This document shows positions 1 through 9,917 of a DNA stretch of 42,636 nucleotides, piece after piece. Within the stretch, counting starts at the first letter, position 1, and the number at the start of each line of letters is the position of its first letter. The stretch covers positions 1 through 42,636 of the forward strand of contig JAGVWR010000016.1 in the NCBI GenBank assembly GCA_018304205.1. Direction: 5' to 3'. The position numbers and the translations under genes were made by a program. The notes under the pieces were generated by a model. That model saw only the letters and a list, made by a program, of their open reading frames with translations, had not been told where the DNA came from and made no database searches. The DNA is from Candidatus Pacearchaeota archaeon. GTDB taxonomy: Archaea; Nanobdellota; Nanobdellia; Pacearchaeales; GW2011-AR1.

Positions 1-255
1 TTTTGAGTTTAATAGAGATAATGAAAACTTTGAAAGATTTGATACATTTATTCCTACGAAATTTGCTTTTAAAGATTTTGCACACTGTTTTGAAAAGAAA
101 ATTTCTGGTTTAATATTTCTCTGATTGTAGTTAAAAAACATTATAGTTAGGGATTTATAATTTAACTTGTTTTTCACATAGAAAGCCGTTGTTACGCTGT
201 CTATGCCTCCTGAACATAGTACAATTGCGTTCTTTTCTTGTTTTTTTACCATCAT
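1..255 (-). CDS. queC: 7-cyano-7-deazaguanine synthase QueC, N-terminal part (runs off window edge; absent from ORF track)
   Basis: Manual minus-strand translation from ATG 255/252: MMVKKQEKNAIVLCSGGIDSVTTAFYVKNKLNYKSLTIMFFNYNQRNIKPE...; PP-loop SGGxDS plus F(D/N)Y(G/N)QR motif. Confidence 0.85.
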   Translation of the reverse strand, partial: MMVKKQEKNAIVLCSGGIDSVTTAFYVKNKLNYKSLTIMFFNYNQRNIKPEIFFSKQCAKSLKANFVGINVSNLSKFSLSLLNSK

Positions 256-302
256 TCGACAAACTTCCAAAACTTTATAAATTTGATTCATCCAGAATTA
301 TT

Positions 303-497
303 ATGAAGAAACAGGCAAAAGACCTAAAAATTGGAGATAAAATAAAAGTAGCTGGAAAAATCGCAATGATAAAGGAATTTGAATTATCTGATATTGGAAA
401 ACAAGGAAGCAAAAAATGTAGAATCGTTGCTGAAATGGATAACTCTGAGAAAGTTGTTATAATAAGGCCAGATAATTATCCTTTTGATACTGAATAA
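303..497 (+). CDS. Short (64 aa) aIF5A/EF-P N-terminal domain-like protein
   Basis: Likely start ATG 303 with TTTATAAA ~25 nt upstream. MKKQAKDLKIGD...SDIGKQGSKKCRI resembles the aIF5A KOW start and the SKPGKHGSAKAR loop. Confidence 0.7.
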   Translation: MKKQAKDLKIGDKIKVAGKIAMIKEFELSDIGKQGSKKCRIVAEMDNSEKVVIIRPDNYPFDTE

Positions 498-498
498 T

Positions 499-1404
499 AT
501 GATAGACATAATAATAACTTCTTATAAAGAACCTAACTCAACTCTTAGAGCGGTTAATGCTTTTTTGAAACAAAAAATAAAGGAAGATTTTAGAATAACT
601 GTTGTTGATCCTTTTCCCGAAGTAGGTGAATTTTTAAAGAAGAAAATAAAAGATACTAGATTTGTCTTTTACTTAGATTCTGGTGAGGGAAAGGCATATG
701 CTTTGAACTTGTTATTTCAAGAATATGGCTCGGATAATAAGAACGATTTATTTATTCTGACTGACGGAGATGTATATGTTTCTGAAAACTCAGTAAAGGA
801 AATAACAGATAAATTTAAAGATGAGAAAATTGGCTGCGTTACGGGAAAACCCTTAAGTGTTGATTCGCGAAATACAAAATATGGATTTTGGACTATAGTT
901 GCTTTTGCGGGAATAGATAAAGTAAGAAAAAGACTTGCAAAAGAGAAAAAATTCTTTGAGTGCTCTGGATATTTATTTGCAATAAGAAAATCTGTAATTT
1001 TTGACTTTCCTTTGGAAACAAGTGAGGACTCTATAATACCCTATTTGTTTTGGAAGAAAGGATACTTAATTGATTATGCGGACAAAGCAAAAGTATATGT
1101 GAAGAACCCTTCAAACTGGAAAGATTGGTTGAATCAAAAAGTAAGAAATGTTAAGGCTCATGAAAACTTAAATAAAATTGCTCCGGAAATGCCTAGAACT
1201 AAATCATTAATGAATGAAATTAAGGAAGGTGCGTTTTTTGCAATTCGTCAGCCTAAAAATTTGAAAGAATTTTTCTGGGTAATACAGCTTTATTTCGCAA
1301 GGCTTTATTTATACATAAAAACTTTCAAGGAATTGAAAAAGAAAGAAGCCTATAAGGATGGCTGGAGAGAGACTGAAATTGAAAGTACGAAACCTTTGGA
1401 TTAA
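499..1404 (+). CDS. Glycosyltransferase family 2
   Basis: IDIIITSYKE start, GKAYALN, TDGD (DxD), SED and QKVR (QxxRW-like) motifs; ATG 499 preferred over TTG 484. Confidence 0.85.
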   Translation: MIDIIITSYKEPNSTLRAVNAFLKQKIKEDFRITVVDPFPEVGEFLKKKIKDTRFVFYLDSGEGKAYALNLLFQEYGSDNKNDLFILTDGDVYVSENSVKEITDKFKDEKIGCVTGKPLSVDSRNTKYGFWTIVAFAGIDKVRKRLAKEKKFFECSGYLFAIRKSVIFDFPLETSEDSIIPYLFWKKGYLIDYADKAKVYVKNPSNWKDWLNQKVRNVKAHENLNKIAPEMPRTKSLMNEIKEGAFFAIRQPKNLKEFFWVIQLYFARLYLYIKTFKELKKKEAYKDGWRETEIESTKPLD

Positions 1405-1405
1405 T

Positions 1406-1813
1406 TCATTCTTTAATTTTCATTATTTCTTCTTTAAGTTGATCTAGAGAATTAACGATTGTCATGGAAGCAATTAGGATTGCGCTAAGGTATTCAAGTG
1501 CGTCGCTTGGTGATTCGTCTGTCTTTATGCCTATTGCTGGAATGCCTTTTGCATAAGCATAACCTAGTTCCCAGGCTGTACCTGCTCCAACATGAAGTCC
1601 ATCAAGTAAAGCTACTATTAAGTTTGCATCTTCTAAACCTTCTGTAATGTCTCCTTTGAAGATAGTATCTACATCCTCCATTGTTTTTGCAAATCCTATG
1701 TCTCTGTGAGGAAGAAAAGTCTGAAATCCCAAAGATTTACATAAAACCTCTATTTTTTCAAGTGTCTCTCTTTCAGTATCTGTTCCGATCTTGCCTGCTA
1801 TGTATACTTTCAT
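1406..1813 (-). CDS. Nucleoside 2-deoxyribosyltransferase family protein
   Basis: KVYIAG...FLPH...D...GTAWELGYAYAKGIP signature. Confidence 0.85.
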   Translation of the reverse strand: MKVYIAGKIGTDTERETLEKIEVLCKSLGFQTFLPHRDIGFAKTMEDVDTIFKGDITEGLEDANLIVALLDGLHVGAGTAWELGYAYAKGIPAIGIKTDESPSDALEYLSAILIASMTIVNSLDQLKEEIMKIKE

Positions 1814-1883
1814 AATTTTCCTATTATTATCTAAGTTAAAAGGTTTTGGATAACCTTAAAAATAATCCTAGTTATCAAATTAC

Positions 1884-3176
1884 ATGGAAATATTGATTAT
1901 AAAGTTAGGAGCAAAGGGCGATGTAATAAGAACTATTTGTTTAGCAACTGCTTTAAAAAGAAAATATGAAAACTGCAAAATAACCTGGATAACTAAGAAA
2001 AACAATAGAGATTTACTTACTAATCATCCAGACATGGACTCTGTTTTAAGTATGGAAGATAATCCTACTTTTAATATAAATTTCGATCATTTATACAATT
2101 TTGATATAGAAAAGGAAGCTTCTGACTTGGCAATTAGAGCGAAAGCTGGAAAAAAGTATGGGTTTTATGTTGAAAATGATTTTGCGGTTGCATTTAATCT
2201 TGGTGCTGAATACTATATTAATACTATATTTGATGATGAACTTAAGAAAAACAATAAAAAAACATATCAAGAGATGATGTTTGAAGCTGCTGAACTTGGA
2301 TATGAAAAAATATTACCTAAAATATATTTAAATGATAAGGATAAAGAATATGCTGAAAACTTTGCAAAGAAAAATTCTGTTAAAACCGAAAAATTAATAG
2401 GCATTCATATGGGTTCTTCTCCAAGATGGCCATCAAAAATATGGTCTGAGACAAAGATAAAAGAATTCATAAAAAAGGCTAAGAAAGAAGGTTATGAAGT
2501 GCTTTTATTTGGAGGGCCTAATGAATTAGAAAGACAGGATAAATTATTCAATGAACTTAAAAATGAAGAAATAAATATTTTGAGAAATGATGTGAAAAAT
2601 ACTGACCGAGAATTTGCTTCCCTTGTTGATTTATGTAAGGTTATGATTTGCTCTGATAGTTTTGCATTACACGTTGCTCTTGGCTTGCAAAAGAAAACAA
2701 TTGGTTTGTTCTTCTGCACAAACCCTAATGAGATAGAATCTTATGGACTGCTTACAAAAATTGTATCGAAGAAATTATGGGATTTTTTCCCTGAAAGAAT
2801 GGATGAATTTGATGAGGACTTGGTAAATAGTGTAAGTGCGGATGAAGTTTTTAATGAAGTTAAGAAATCTATTACCTTTGACCCATCTATCTTACTAAAA
2901 ATAGATGAAGGAGATATTGTTAATATAAATAACATTTCTTTAGAAGTTCTAAGGATAGACAGCGAAGTAAATGTTGATAGGAGTACTGAAGAAATAAAGG
3001 TAACAGATGCTGGGAGAAATATGTTTCTTAAAGATGGAGATAATAATGAGTACCATATATGGGTAAGCCAAGATTTAAAAGAAATAAACTTGGAAAAAAT
3101 AAAAAGAAAATTCATAAGCGAACCGTGGGATTACGAAATTATTGAGGAAATAAATTTGCTAAATAGCAAACAATAA
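1884..3176 (+). CDS. Glycosyltransferase family 9 (heptosyltransferase-like) with ~100 aa C-terminal extension
   Basis: ILIIKLGAKGDVIRT start, IGIHMGSSPRWPSKIW and CSDSFALHVALGL GT9 motifs. Confidence 0.85.
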   Translation: MEILIIKLGAKGDVIRTICLATALKRKYENCKITWITKKNNRDLLTNHPDMDSVLSMEDNPTFNINFDHLYNFDIEKEASDLAIRAKAGKKYGFYVENDFAVAFNLGAEYYINTIFDDELKKNNKKTYQEMMFEAAELGYEKILPKIYLNDKDKEYAENFAKKNSVKTEKLIGIHMGSSPRWPSKIWSETKIKEFIKKAKKEGYEVLLFGGPNELERQDKLFNELKNEEINILRNDVKNTDREFASLVDLCKVMICSDSFALHVALGLQKKTIGLFFCTNPNEIESYGLLTKIVSKKLWDFFPERMDEFDEDLVNSVSADEVFNEVKKSITFDPSILLKIDEGDIVNINNISLEVLRIDSEVNVDRSTEEIKVTDAGRNMFLKDGDNNEYHIWVSQDLKEINLEKIKRKFISEPWDYEIIEEINLLNSKQ

Positions 3177-3201
3177 AAAGATGGGTTTCTAGAGGATAAT
3201 A

Positions 3202-4695
3202 ATGAATAAGAGTGATGAAAGAAATGAAAAAGTGAAGAATTGGCTTAAACAGCCTCTCAACTTGGCTTTGCTAGGAGTTTTTGCTTTTGCCTTCTTTATT
3301 AGAATGTTTTATTTTAATTTAACTAAATTGCAGCCTTTATGGTGGGATGAGGCTGCTTATGGAATGCTTGCAAAGAATTTTATTTCTCATGCTTGGGATG
3401 CTAGTGATATAGTAATTGGAGAACTTACTATAAGACCTCCGTTTTTCCCTTTGATATGGAGTTACTTACTTAGAATTGGTTTAGATGAAATTGGAGTTAG
3501 GTTCATTTTAGAATTTGTTCCTTCTGTTTTGGCTGTTTTATTTGTTTACTTAATAGGGAAGGAGTTGTATGATCAAAAAATAGGCATAATTTCTGCTGCT
3601 ATTTTTGCTCCTTTGTGGATTCATTTATTTTATTCAAGTAGACTATTAACAGATGTGCCTGCATTAGTTTTTATTTTGGCTGGAATGTTCTTCTTCTTGA
3701 AAAGTACAAAGAATAAATTTGTTCCAAAACTGTTTGTAGTATCATTAATATTAACTAGTATAGGAACATTGTTTAGGTATCCTCATGGATTGATATTTTT
3801 CGTTTATGCTGCATTTATTTTATTGACTGGAAAGATTGTTCTATTAAAAGATAAAAAATTTTGGATAACTGGAATAGCTGGACTTGTTCCAATGTGGATA
3901 TTTTTCTTAGTTAATTATGTAAAAACGGGAAACATATTCCCTGCACTTCTTGGAGGAGGGTATGCTGAGGCAGTTAGTCAAAGTTTTGCGTTTAATATTT
4001 TATCTTTTATTCCTCTTTATTTGAAAGCAATATTCTTCATATTCTTCTTAGTTGGATTGGCTGTTAGTTTATTTGAGATATTCTTAGGATATGATCAATT
4101 AAAAACACATGAAAGGATAAAGAGTCATCTATTTAATATTCTCTCGATTGTTATAATATATTCTTACTTTATATTTAAGATTAGAGGAGCTGAAGATAGA
4201 TGGCTTATGATATTAGGATTTAGTTTTGTAAGCTTAAGTGCGCTTGGAATTGATTATGCTTACGGATTTGTTAAGAAATATAACAAAAATATAGCCGTTA
4301 TAGGACTAATTGTTGTTGTATTGTTTGGAATGTATAGTCAAGTAATATTTGGAAAGGATGTAATAGATCAAAGAAGAGAAAGTTTCTCACAAATGAGAGA
4401 AGGATTTGAGTGGATAGAAGCAAATACTCCTCCTGATGCTGTTATACTCGGGCAGGGAATTGAGGTTTATTCCCTTTATTATTCTGGAAGAATGTATGAG
4501 AAACTTAAGCCAATAGGAAATACAAGCGAATTTGAGCCTGTAAAGGCACAATATTTAGTATTACATGCTTTTGTTCCACAAGATCAATTGCAAGGCTATT
4601 TGAACAATAATTATGATAAGTGGGAAGCAATAAACGCCTTCTTCTTTGATAAAGAGCAAAAACAGGCCGCCTTAATAATTTATAAAGCCAAATAG
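3202..4695 (+). CDS. GT-C fold ArnT/PMT-like membrane glycosyltransferase
   Basis: LWWDEAAY loop after TM1, RPP, ~12 hydrophobic segments, EDRW. Confidence 0.85.
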   Translation: MNKSDERNEKVKNWLKQPLNLALLGVFAFAFFIRMFYFNLTKLQPLWWDEAAYGMLAKNFISHAWDASDIVIGELTIRPPFFPLIWSYLLRIGLDEIGVRFILEFVPSVLAVLFVYLIGKELYDQKIGIISAAIFAPLWIHLFYSSRLLTDVPALVFILAGMFFFLKSTKNKFVPKLFVVSLILTSIGTLFRYPHGLIFFVYAAFILLTGKIVLLKDKKFWITGIAGLVPMWIFFLVNYVKTGNIFPALLGGGYAEAVSQSFAFNILSFIPLYLKAIFFIFFLVGLAVSLFEIFLGYDQLKTHERIKSHLFNILSIVIIYSYFIFKIRGAEDRWLMILGFSFVSLSALGIDYAYGFVKKYNKNIAVIGLIVVVLFGMYSQVIFGKDVIDQRRESFSQMREGFEWIEANTPPDAVILGQGIEVYSLYYSGRMYEKLKPIGNTSEFEPVKAQYLVLHAFVPQDQLQGYLNNNYDKWEAINAFFFDKEQKQAALIIYKAK

Positions 4696-4707
4696 TTAGG
4701 TGAAAAC

Positions 4708-5451
4708 ATGAAAACTATAGATTATTATGAGCATTGGAATAAGGTTAGAAAGAAAAAGACTGAATTATTGGATAGAGAGAAGATTTCTTTTGGAATGATA
4801 AAAAATATTATGGGAAAGAACAAAAAGTTTATTGACATGGGGTGTGGAAATGGAGATTTCTTAATTTTTTTAAAAAAATACTTTGATAAGACGAAGATAG
4901 ACATCAAATTAAAGGGGATTGATTATTCTCCAAGTGAAGTTAAAGAAGCTAAACATATGGGGCTTGACGTTGAGCAATCTAATTTTGAGGAAGGAATAAA
5001 GCTCAAAGATAGTTATGATGTTGCTTATGCCGGAGAGGTTATAGAACATTTGTATAATCCTGATTTGCTTTTGTCTGAAACAAATAAAATTCTTAAAAAT
5101 GGAGGTTATGTGATAATTACTACTCCAAATTTATGCGCCTGGTTTAATAGGATATTAATGCCATTTGGAGTTCAGCCGCTATTTTTAGAACCTTCAACTA
5201 AATCAAAGCTTGTTGGATCTGGATTTTTGAAGAGATTTAAGAAGGGACACGAACCGGTTGGGCACATAAGAATTTTTACTCTTGCTGCTCTTAAAGATTT
5301 ACTTAAAATGAATGGATTTAAAATCATTGATGTAAAGGGAGCGATATATGATGAAGGTTTTCCTGGAAGTATACAGCTTGTTGATAAGTTCTTCAATCTC
5401 TTCCCGACACTTGCTTCTCACTTTGTTATCTTAGCTAAAAAGGTAAAGTAA
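4708..5451 (+). CDS. Class I SAM-dependent methyltransferase
   Basis: IDMGCGNG, EVIEHL, LKNGGYVIITTPN. Confidence 0.9.
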   Translation: MKTIDYYEHWNKVRKKKTELLDREKISFGMIKNIMGKNKKFIDMGCGNGDFLIFLKKYFDKTKIDIKLKGIDYSPSEVKEAKHMGLDVEQSNFEEGIKLKDSYDVAYAGEVIEHLYNPDLLLSETNKILKNGGYVIITTPNLCAWFNRILMPFGVQPLFLEPSTKSKLVGSGFLKRFKKGHEPVGHIRIFTLAALKDLLKMNGFKIIDVKGAIYDEGFPGSIQLVDKFFNLFPTLASHFVILAKKVK

Positions 5452-5452
5452 T

Positions 5453-5893
5453 TTATTTATTATAACTATCAACGTAATCAAAAATAATATCTAAAATTTT
5501 AACACTATCCTTATGAGTTGACTTTCTTTTTGAAATAACTCTTTTAAAAGAAAGTTTATCTGTGAGATAACTTCTATCAATTAATCTCCTATGTTTTCTA
5601 AATATTTCTTTAAATATTTCTTCTTCATGAGCCTTCAAATTTCTCTGGGATAAATACTCAGAAGCTGCACTTTTTATAATTCTGTGTTCTTTACGTGACT
5701 CTTGAGATATTGTTTGATTTAATAAAAATAGGTTCTCTTTGTATGTTCTTACCCATGGAAATATTTTACCGAAAATATTATCACTTTCTATCATTAAAGA
5801 ACGCTCTAGTTCAAGAAAAACTTCTAAGTATATAAAATTGAATGCTTCTCTTGATCTTCTTATTTGTTCTAAACAATTATTCTTTGTATTCAC
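5453..5893 (-). CDS. Hypothetical protein
   Basis: 146-codon ORF filling the gap between genes; no motif recognised. Confidence 0.5.
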   Translation of the reverse strand: MNTKNNCLEQIRRSREAFNFIYLEVFLELERSLMIESDNIFGKIFPWVRTYKENLFLLNQTISQESRKEHRIIKSAASEYLSQRNLKAHEEEIFKEIFRKHRRLIDRSYLTDKLSFKRVISKRKSTHKDSVKILDIIFDYVDSYNK

Positions 5894-5982
5894 AAAAAAC
5901 AGTTTTTAAGCTATATTATAAATGTTTAGTTAGATCGAATTAACACAATAATCCTTAAAAATGGCATATTTCTGACATTTTA

Positions 5983-6972
5983 ATGAAAGCTCTTATAACT
6001 GGGGCAGCAGGATTTATGGGAACTAATCTATCTATAAGATTATTAAAAAACCCTAATAATAAAATTATCGGTGTAGACTCTTTAATAAGGAAGGGATCGG
6101 AAGAAAACCTAAAACTTTTTGAAAGGGAGAAGAGATTCAAATTTTACCAAGCTGATATTGATTATATTGAAAAAATAATAAAGAAAACTAAACCAGATGT
6201 TGTTTATCATCTTGCTGCTCAAGTTGCAGTTACATCAAGTGTTGAAAATCCAAAAATGGATTTTGAAATAAATGCTTTGGGAACTTTAAGAGTTGTTAAT
6301 ACTGCTTCACAAATCAAAGCCCCAGTGATTTATACATCTACTAATAAAGTCTATGGGGACAATTTAAATAAAGTTCCAACAATTGAATTAGTGACTAGAT
6401 ATGATTTTGGAGGAAAATTAAGGAAAAAAGGAATTGGCGAAACATTTTCTATTGATGCAAAACATCACACTCCTTACGGATGCTCTAAATTAACTGGGGA
6501 TATTTATGTTAGAGATTTTGGAGGAATTGTTAATAGGTGTTCTTGTATGTACGGTGTTCATCAACATGGAACTAGTGATCAAGGATGGCTTTCATATTTT
6601 GCAAAAAATAAAATTCTTGGAAAGGAAATTACAATATATGGAGATGGAAAACAAGTTAGAGATGCTGTACGCGATACGGATGTTACTAGATTACTTGAAA
6701 TGCAAGGCAAGGCTTTACTTGATGGAAGAAATGAATTGAGAGGGGAGGTATTTAATGTTGGCGGAGGATACAAGAATACTATTTCTTTACTTGAACTTTG
6801 CACTTTGTGGGATATAAAGCCTAAATTTAAGGGCTGGAGACCTAGCGATCAGAAAGTGTTTTATTGTGATACATCAAAGGCGGATAAGATGCTTAATTGG
6901 AGACCGGAGATAGACTTAAAAACAGGTCTAGATGAACTTTTTAGATGGACGAACAGAAATCAATATACCTAA
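5983..6972 (+). CDS. NAD-dependent epimerase/dehydratase (CDP-paratose 2-epimerase RfbE-like)
   Basis: ITGAAGFMG, HLAAQVAVTSS, STNKVYG, PYGCSK, DQGW, WRPSDQ. Confidence 0.9.
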   Translation: MKALITGAAGFMGTNLSIRLLKNPNNKIIGVDSLIRKGSEENLKLFEREKRFKFYQADIDYIEKIIKKTKPDVVYHLAAQVAVTSSVENPKMDFEINALGTLRVVNTASQIKAPVIYTSTNKVYGDNLNKVPTIELVTRYDFGGKLRKKGIGETFSIDAKHHTPYGCSKLTGDIYVRDFGGIVNRCSCMYGVHQHGTSDQGWLSYFAKNKILGKEITIYGDGKQVRDAVRDTDVTRLLEMQGKALLDGRNELRGEVFNVGGGYKNTISLLELCTLWDIKPKFKGWRPSDQKVFYCDTSKADKMLNWRPEIDLKTGLDELFRWTNRNQYT

Positions 6973-8096
6973 TATATGAATTTTTATCGGAGCAGGGCGG
7001 ATTAGAAAGAGAAATAATAAACCATGCCAATTTTCTTAAGAAAGAGGGATATAAAGTTAAGATTCTAACTTGCCACTTTGACAAAAAGATATTAAAATTA
7101 TTGCCTTTTGATGGATTAAAGATCGAGAGTATCAGTAAAATAAATACTAGAATGGAGACACTTAATCTTGTTCTATGCTTTTTAGGGTTAAACAAACTTG
7201 AAAAATATAATCCCAACGCATTCCTAAGTTATAGTGCGCCATGTAATTTTCTTATTAGAAATAAGAAAACTAAAAGAGTCAATTACATAAATCATTTTCC
7301 TCACTTTCTTTATCTACGGGGAAAAGAAAAAATAGAATGGGCTAAAGGGACTCAAGGAGTAAAAAGATGGATAAGTGTATTTCTTTCTTTTATTTTAGGA
7401 AAATTGCTAAGAAAGGTTGATTTAAAACTTGTGAAAAAAAATAATTTAAACTTTGTAAATAGCAAATTTACTAAGAAAACCCTAGATAAGATTTACAAAC
7501 TTAATTCTATCGTAAGTTATCCTCCTTTAGATCCTAGATTTAGACTATCAAAGAAAAAAATAAATGAAAAATTCATATTTAGTTCAAGCAGAATTATCCC
7601 TGATAAGAAATACGAGTGGCTTATAAAATCAATTAGTTATATGAAAAACAAGTTGCCTTTGTACTTGGCAGGAAGTGTAAATGATAATTATAAAAGAAAA
7701 CTTATTAACACTGCCAAAGACAATAAAGTTAAAATAAAGTTTCTTGGAAAGCTTACAACTGAGGAAATAATAAAATATTATACTTCTGCACTTGCGTTCG
7801 CATTTGCAACACCAAAAGAGGATTTTGGTCTAGTTCCTGTAGAAAGTTTATCGTGTGGAACGCCAGTTGTAATCTGGGGAGATGGGGCTGGGCCTACTGA
7901 GCAGATTATTGATGGTATTAATGGTTACTATGCTAAACCTTATGATCTTAAAGATTTTGCAAATAAATTAGACTTGCTTATTGATAATAATTTAAAATCA
8001 AAGAATAAAAAGAAGATAGTTGATTCAAGTAAGAAGTTTTCTGCGAATTATGTTAAGAAGGATTTTGTAAAGAAGATAAATGAAATATTAAAGTAA
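6945..8096 (+). CDS. Glycosyltransferase family 4
   Basis: GGLER, RIIPDK, EDFGLVPVESLSCGTPV. Confidence 0.9.
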   Translation: MDEQKSIYLIYEFLSEQGGLEREIINHANFLKKEGYKVKILTCHFDKKILKLLPFDGLKIESISKINTRMETLNLVLCFLGLNKLEKYNPNAFLSYSAPCNFLIRNKKTKRVNYINHFPHFLYLRGKEKIEWAKGTQGVKRWISVFLSFILGKLLRKVDLKLVKKNNLNFVNSKFTKKTLDKIYKLNSIVSYPPLDPRFRLSKKKINEKFIFSSSRIIPDKKYEWLIKSISYMKNKLPLYLAGSVNDNYKRKLINTAKDNKVKIKFLGKLTTEEIIKYYTSALAFAFATPKEDFGLVPVESLSCGTPVVIWGDGAGPTEQIIDGINGYYAKPYDLKDFANKLDLLIDNNLKSKNKKKIVDSSKKFSANYVKKDFVKKINEILK

Positions 8097-8097
8097 T

Positions 8098-9024
8098 TTA
8101 TCTAGCTCGCAGTTTCCAACCTTCTTTTGTTCCAAAGGACTTGAATTTTACATATATGCTTGCTATTGAGGTAAGTGCAATCCAAAAAGTTACTATTGAT
8201 CCTTCAGTTATGTTAGATTTGAATGATTCTCTAAGCATATAGATTATAGAATCAGAGTAATATTTGTTTAACTTAAACTTTTTTTCTTTTTTTATTTGTT
8301 CCCTGGCCATAGCAGTTCTTATTTTTTGTTTGAATAGTTTTTTTATGCTGATATCATCATAAACAGCAATCATTCTTGGCATCTCTATATCATCAAATAG
8401 AACAATATCATAACCTTGACTTTTTATGTCTCTTGTTCTCTCAAAATCGTCTCCAAGAGAAGTGTTTTCTTTGAATAATTTCTTTCTAAATATGTTTGTT
8501 AGAAACATTGTTGGCTCTTTTATATAGTTTACATTGTTTTTTTTGTAAGTCAATCTTTCTTTTTGAAATTTAAACCAATAGAAAGAACTTAGAGCTATCA
8601 TTTTGTATCCTAAATTGGAACTTCCTAATTTTGTTTTTTCAAATTCAACTGGAAAGGATTCTGCTATTCCGCCAATTTTTTCATTTTTAAAGACAGACAG
8701 GAATTTAAGTAATTTTTCTTTAGTTTTTACGGTAAATATCCAGTCAGCGTCGTTAATTATGACTATTTCTCCCTTCGCTTTTTTTATTATATTGTTTATT
8801 ACTGCTGTTTTACCTTGTCTTAAATTTAGATTTATGTGCTTTATTTTTTTGTTGTTTTTTTCATAACTTTTTACTATCTCCTCTGTTTTATCTGTACACC
8901 CATCTAGACCAAGGATAATTTCATAATTCTTGTAAGGTATCTTTGATAGGTCTCGTAATGTTTTTGAGATTATTTTCTCTTCATTGTGTGCTGCGATCAA
9001 AAAAGATAGTTTTGTTTTTTCCAT
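8098..9024 (-). CDS. Glycosyltransferase family 2
   Basis: SFLIAAHNEE, DGCTDKT, GKTAVIN, DAD, GDD. Confidence 0.9.
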   Translation of the reverse strand: MEKTKLSFLIAAHNEEKIISKTLRDLSKIPYKNYEIILGLDGCTDKTEEIVKSYEKNNKKIKHINLNLRQGKTAVINNIIKKAKGEIVIINDADWIFTVKTKEKLLKFLSVFKNEKIGGIAESFPVEFEKTKLGSSNLGYKMIALSSFYWFKFQKERLTYKKNNVNYIKEPTMFLTNIFRKKLFKENTSLGDDFERTRDIKSQGYDIVLFDDIEMPRMIAVYDDISIKKLFKQKIRTAMAREQIKKEKKFKLNKYYSDSIIYMLRESFKSNITEGSIVTFWIALTSIASIYVKFKSFGTKEGWKLRAR

Positions 9025-9041
9025 TGTATTGTTTTTGTCTT

Positions 9042-9815
9042 TTATTTGGGTATGAATCCTATAAATTTGTCATAAATCCTCACGAATCTTCTTAAAGGAG
9101 AACTTAGGATTCTTAATCTTATAATTGCTAAGGCCATGAATGGCCCAGAATGCCAGAAATTAATTGTTTGGTATTTTTGATCTGCCCAGATTGTTGGAAC
9201 TTCTTTTATTCTAAACTTTTTTTTTCTTAATTTGTAAATTAAATCTATATCAAATGCAAATTGAGTTATACCTAGGTCATTAACTATACCCTCTATAGCC
9301 TTTCTTTTGAATACCTTTGCACCGCACTGTGTGTCTTTATATGGCAAAAGAAAAACTGCTCTAAATAAAGCATTAAAAAGCCTAGAAGCAAAGATTCTGG
9401 CTAGTGTATTTCTTGGTTTTACAATTGCTCCTTTTATATATCTGCTTGCTATTACTCCATCAACATTATTTACCTTTTTTATTAAATTATAATATTCTTC
9501 TGGTTTGGTAGCCATATCTGCATCAACAAAACCAATCAAATCATTTGATCTTTTTAGGGCGTCTTTAAAACCTTCTTTGATTGCATAGCCCTTTCCGCCT
9601 TTCACTAGATTTAGATATAGAATTCTCTTGTTTTTCTTTACATACGTCTTAACTATTTGTTCTGTTTTGTCTTTTGTATTATTTATGACTATAATAATTT
9701 CGTAGTCTAAGAGATCGTTTTTTCTTAACTCTTCAAAAAATCTACTGTATGCCTCAAGTGTTCTGTCTATTCTTCTTTCTTCATTGTATGCTGGAACAAT
9801 TATAGATACTTTCAT
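9042..9815 (-). CDS. Dolichyl-phosphate glycosyltransferase (Alg5/DPG synthase-like GT2)
   Basis: SIIVPAYNEE, GKGYAI, FVDAD, DTQCGAK, FAFDID. Confidence 0.85.
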   Translation of the reverse strand: MKVSIIVPAYNEERRIDRTLEAYSRFFEELRKNDLLDYEIIIVINNTKDKTEQIVKTYVKKNKRILYLNLVKGGKGYAIKEGFKDALKRSNDLIGFVDADMATKPEEYYNLIKKVNNVDGVIASRYIKGAIVKPRNTLARIFASRLFNALFRAVFLLPYKDTQCGAKVFKRKAIEGIVNDLGITQFAFDIDLIYKLRKKKFRIKEVPTIWADQKYQTINFWHSGPFMALAIIRLRILSSPLRRFVRIYDKFIGFIPK

Positions 9816-9917
9816 AAAAAATAGTTATATTGGGCCATTTTAAAGGTTATGTATATTGTGTATATTATTTCTTATTTTAAGAGCATAATTTATATATGTT
9901 AAATACAAGAAATATGA

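Noticed and set aside
189..302. TTG-initiated extension of the first ORF
   Set aside because: It overlaps queC on the opposite strand and the divergent promoter region.
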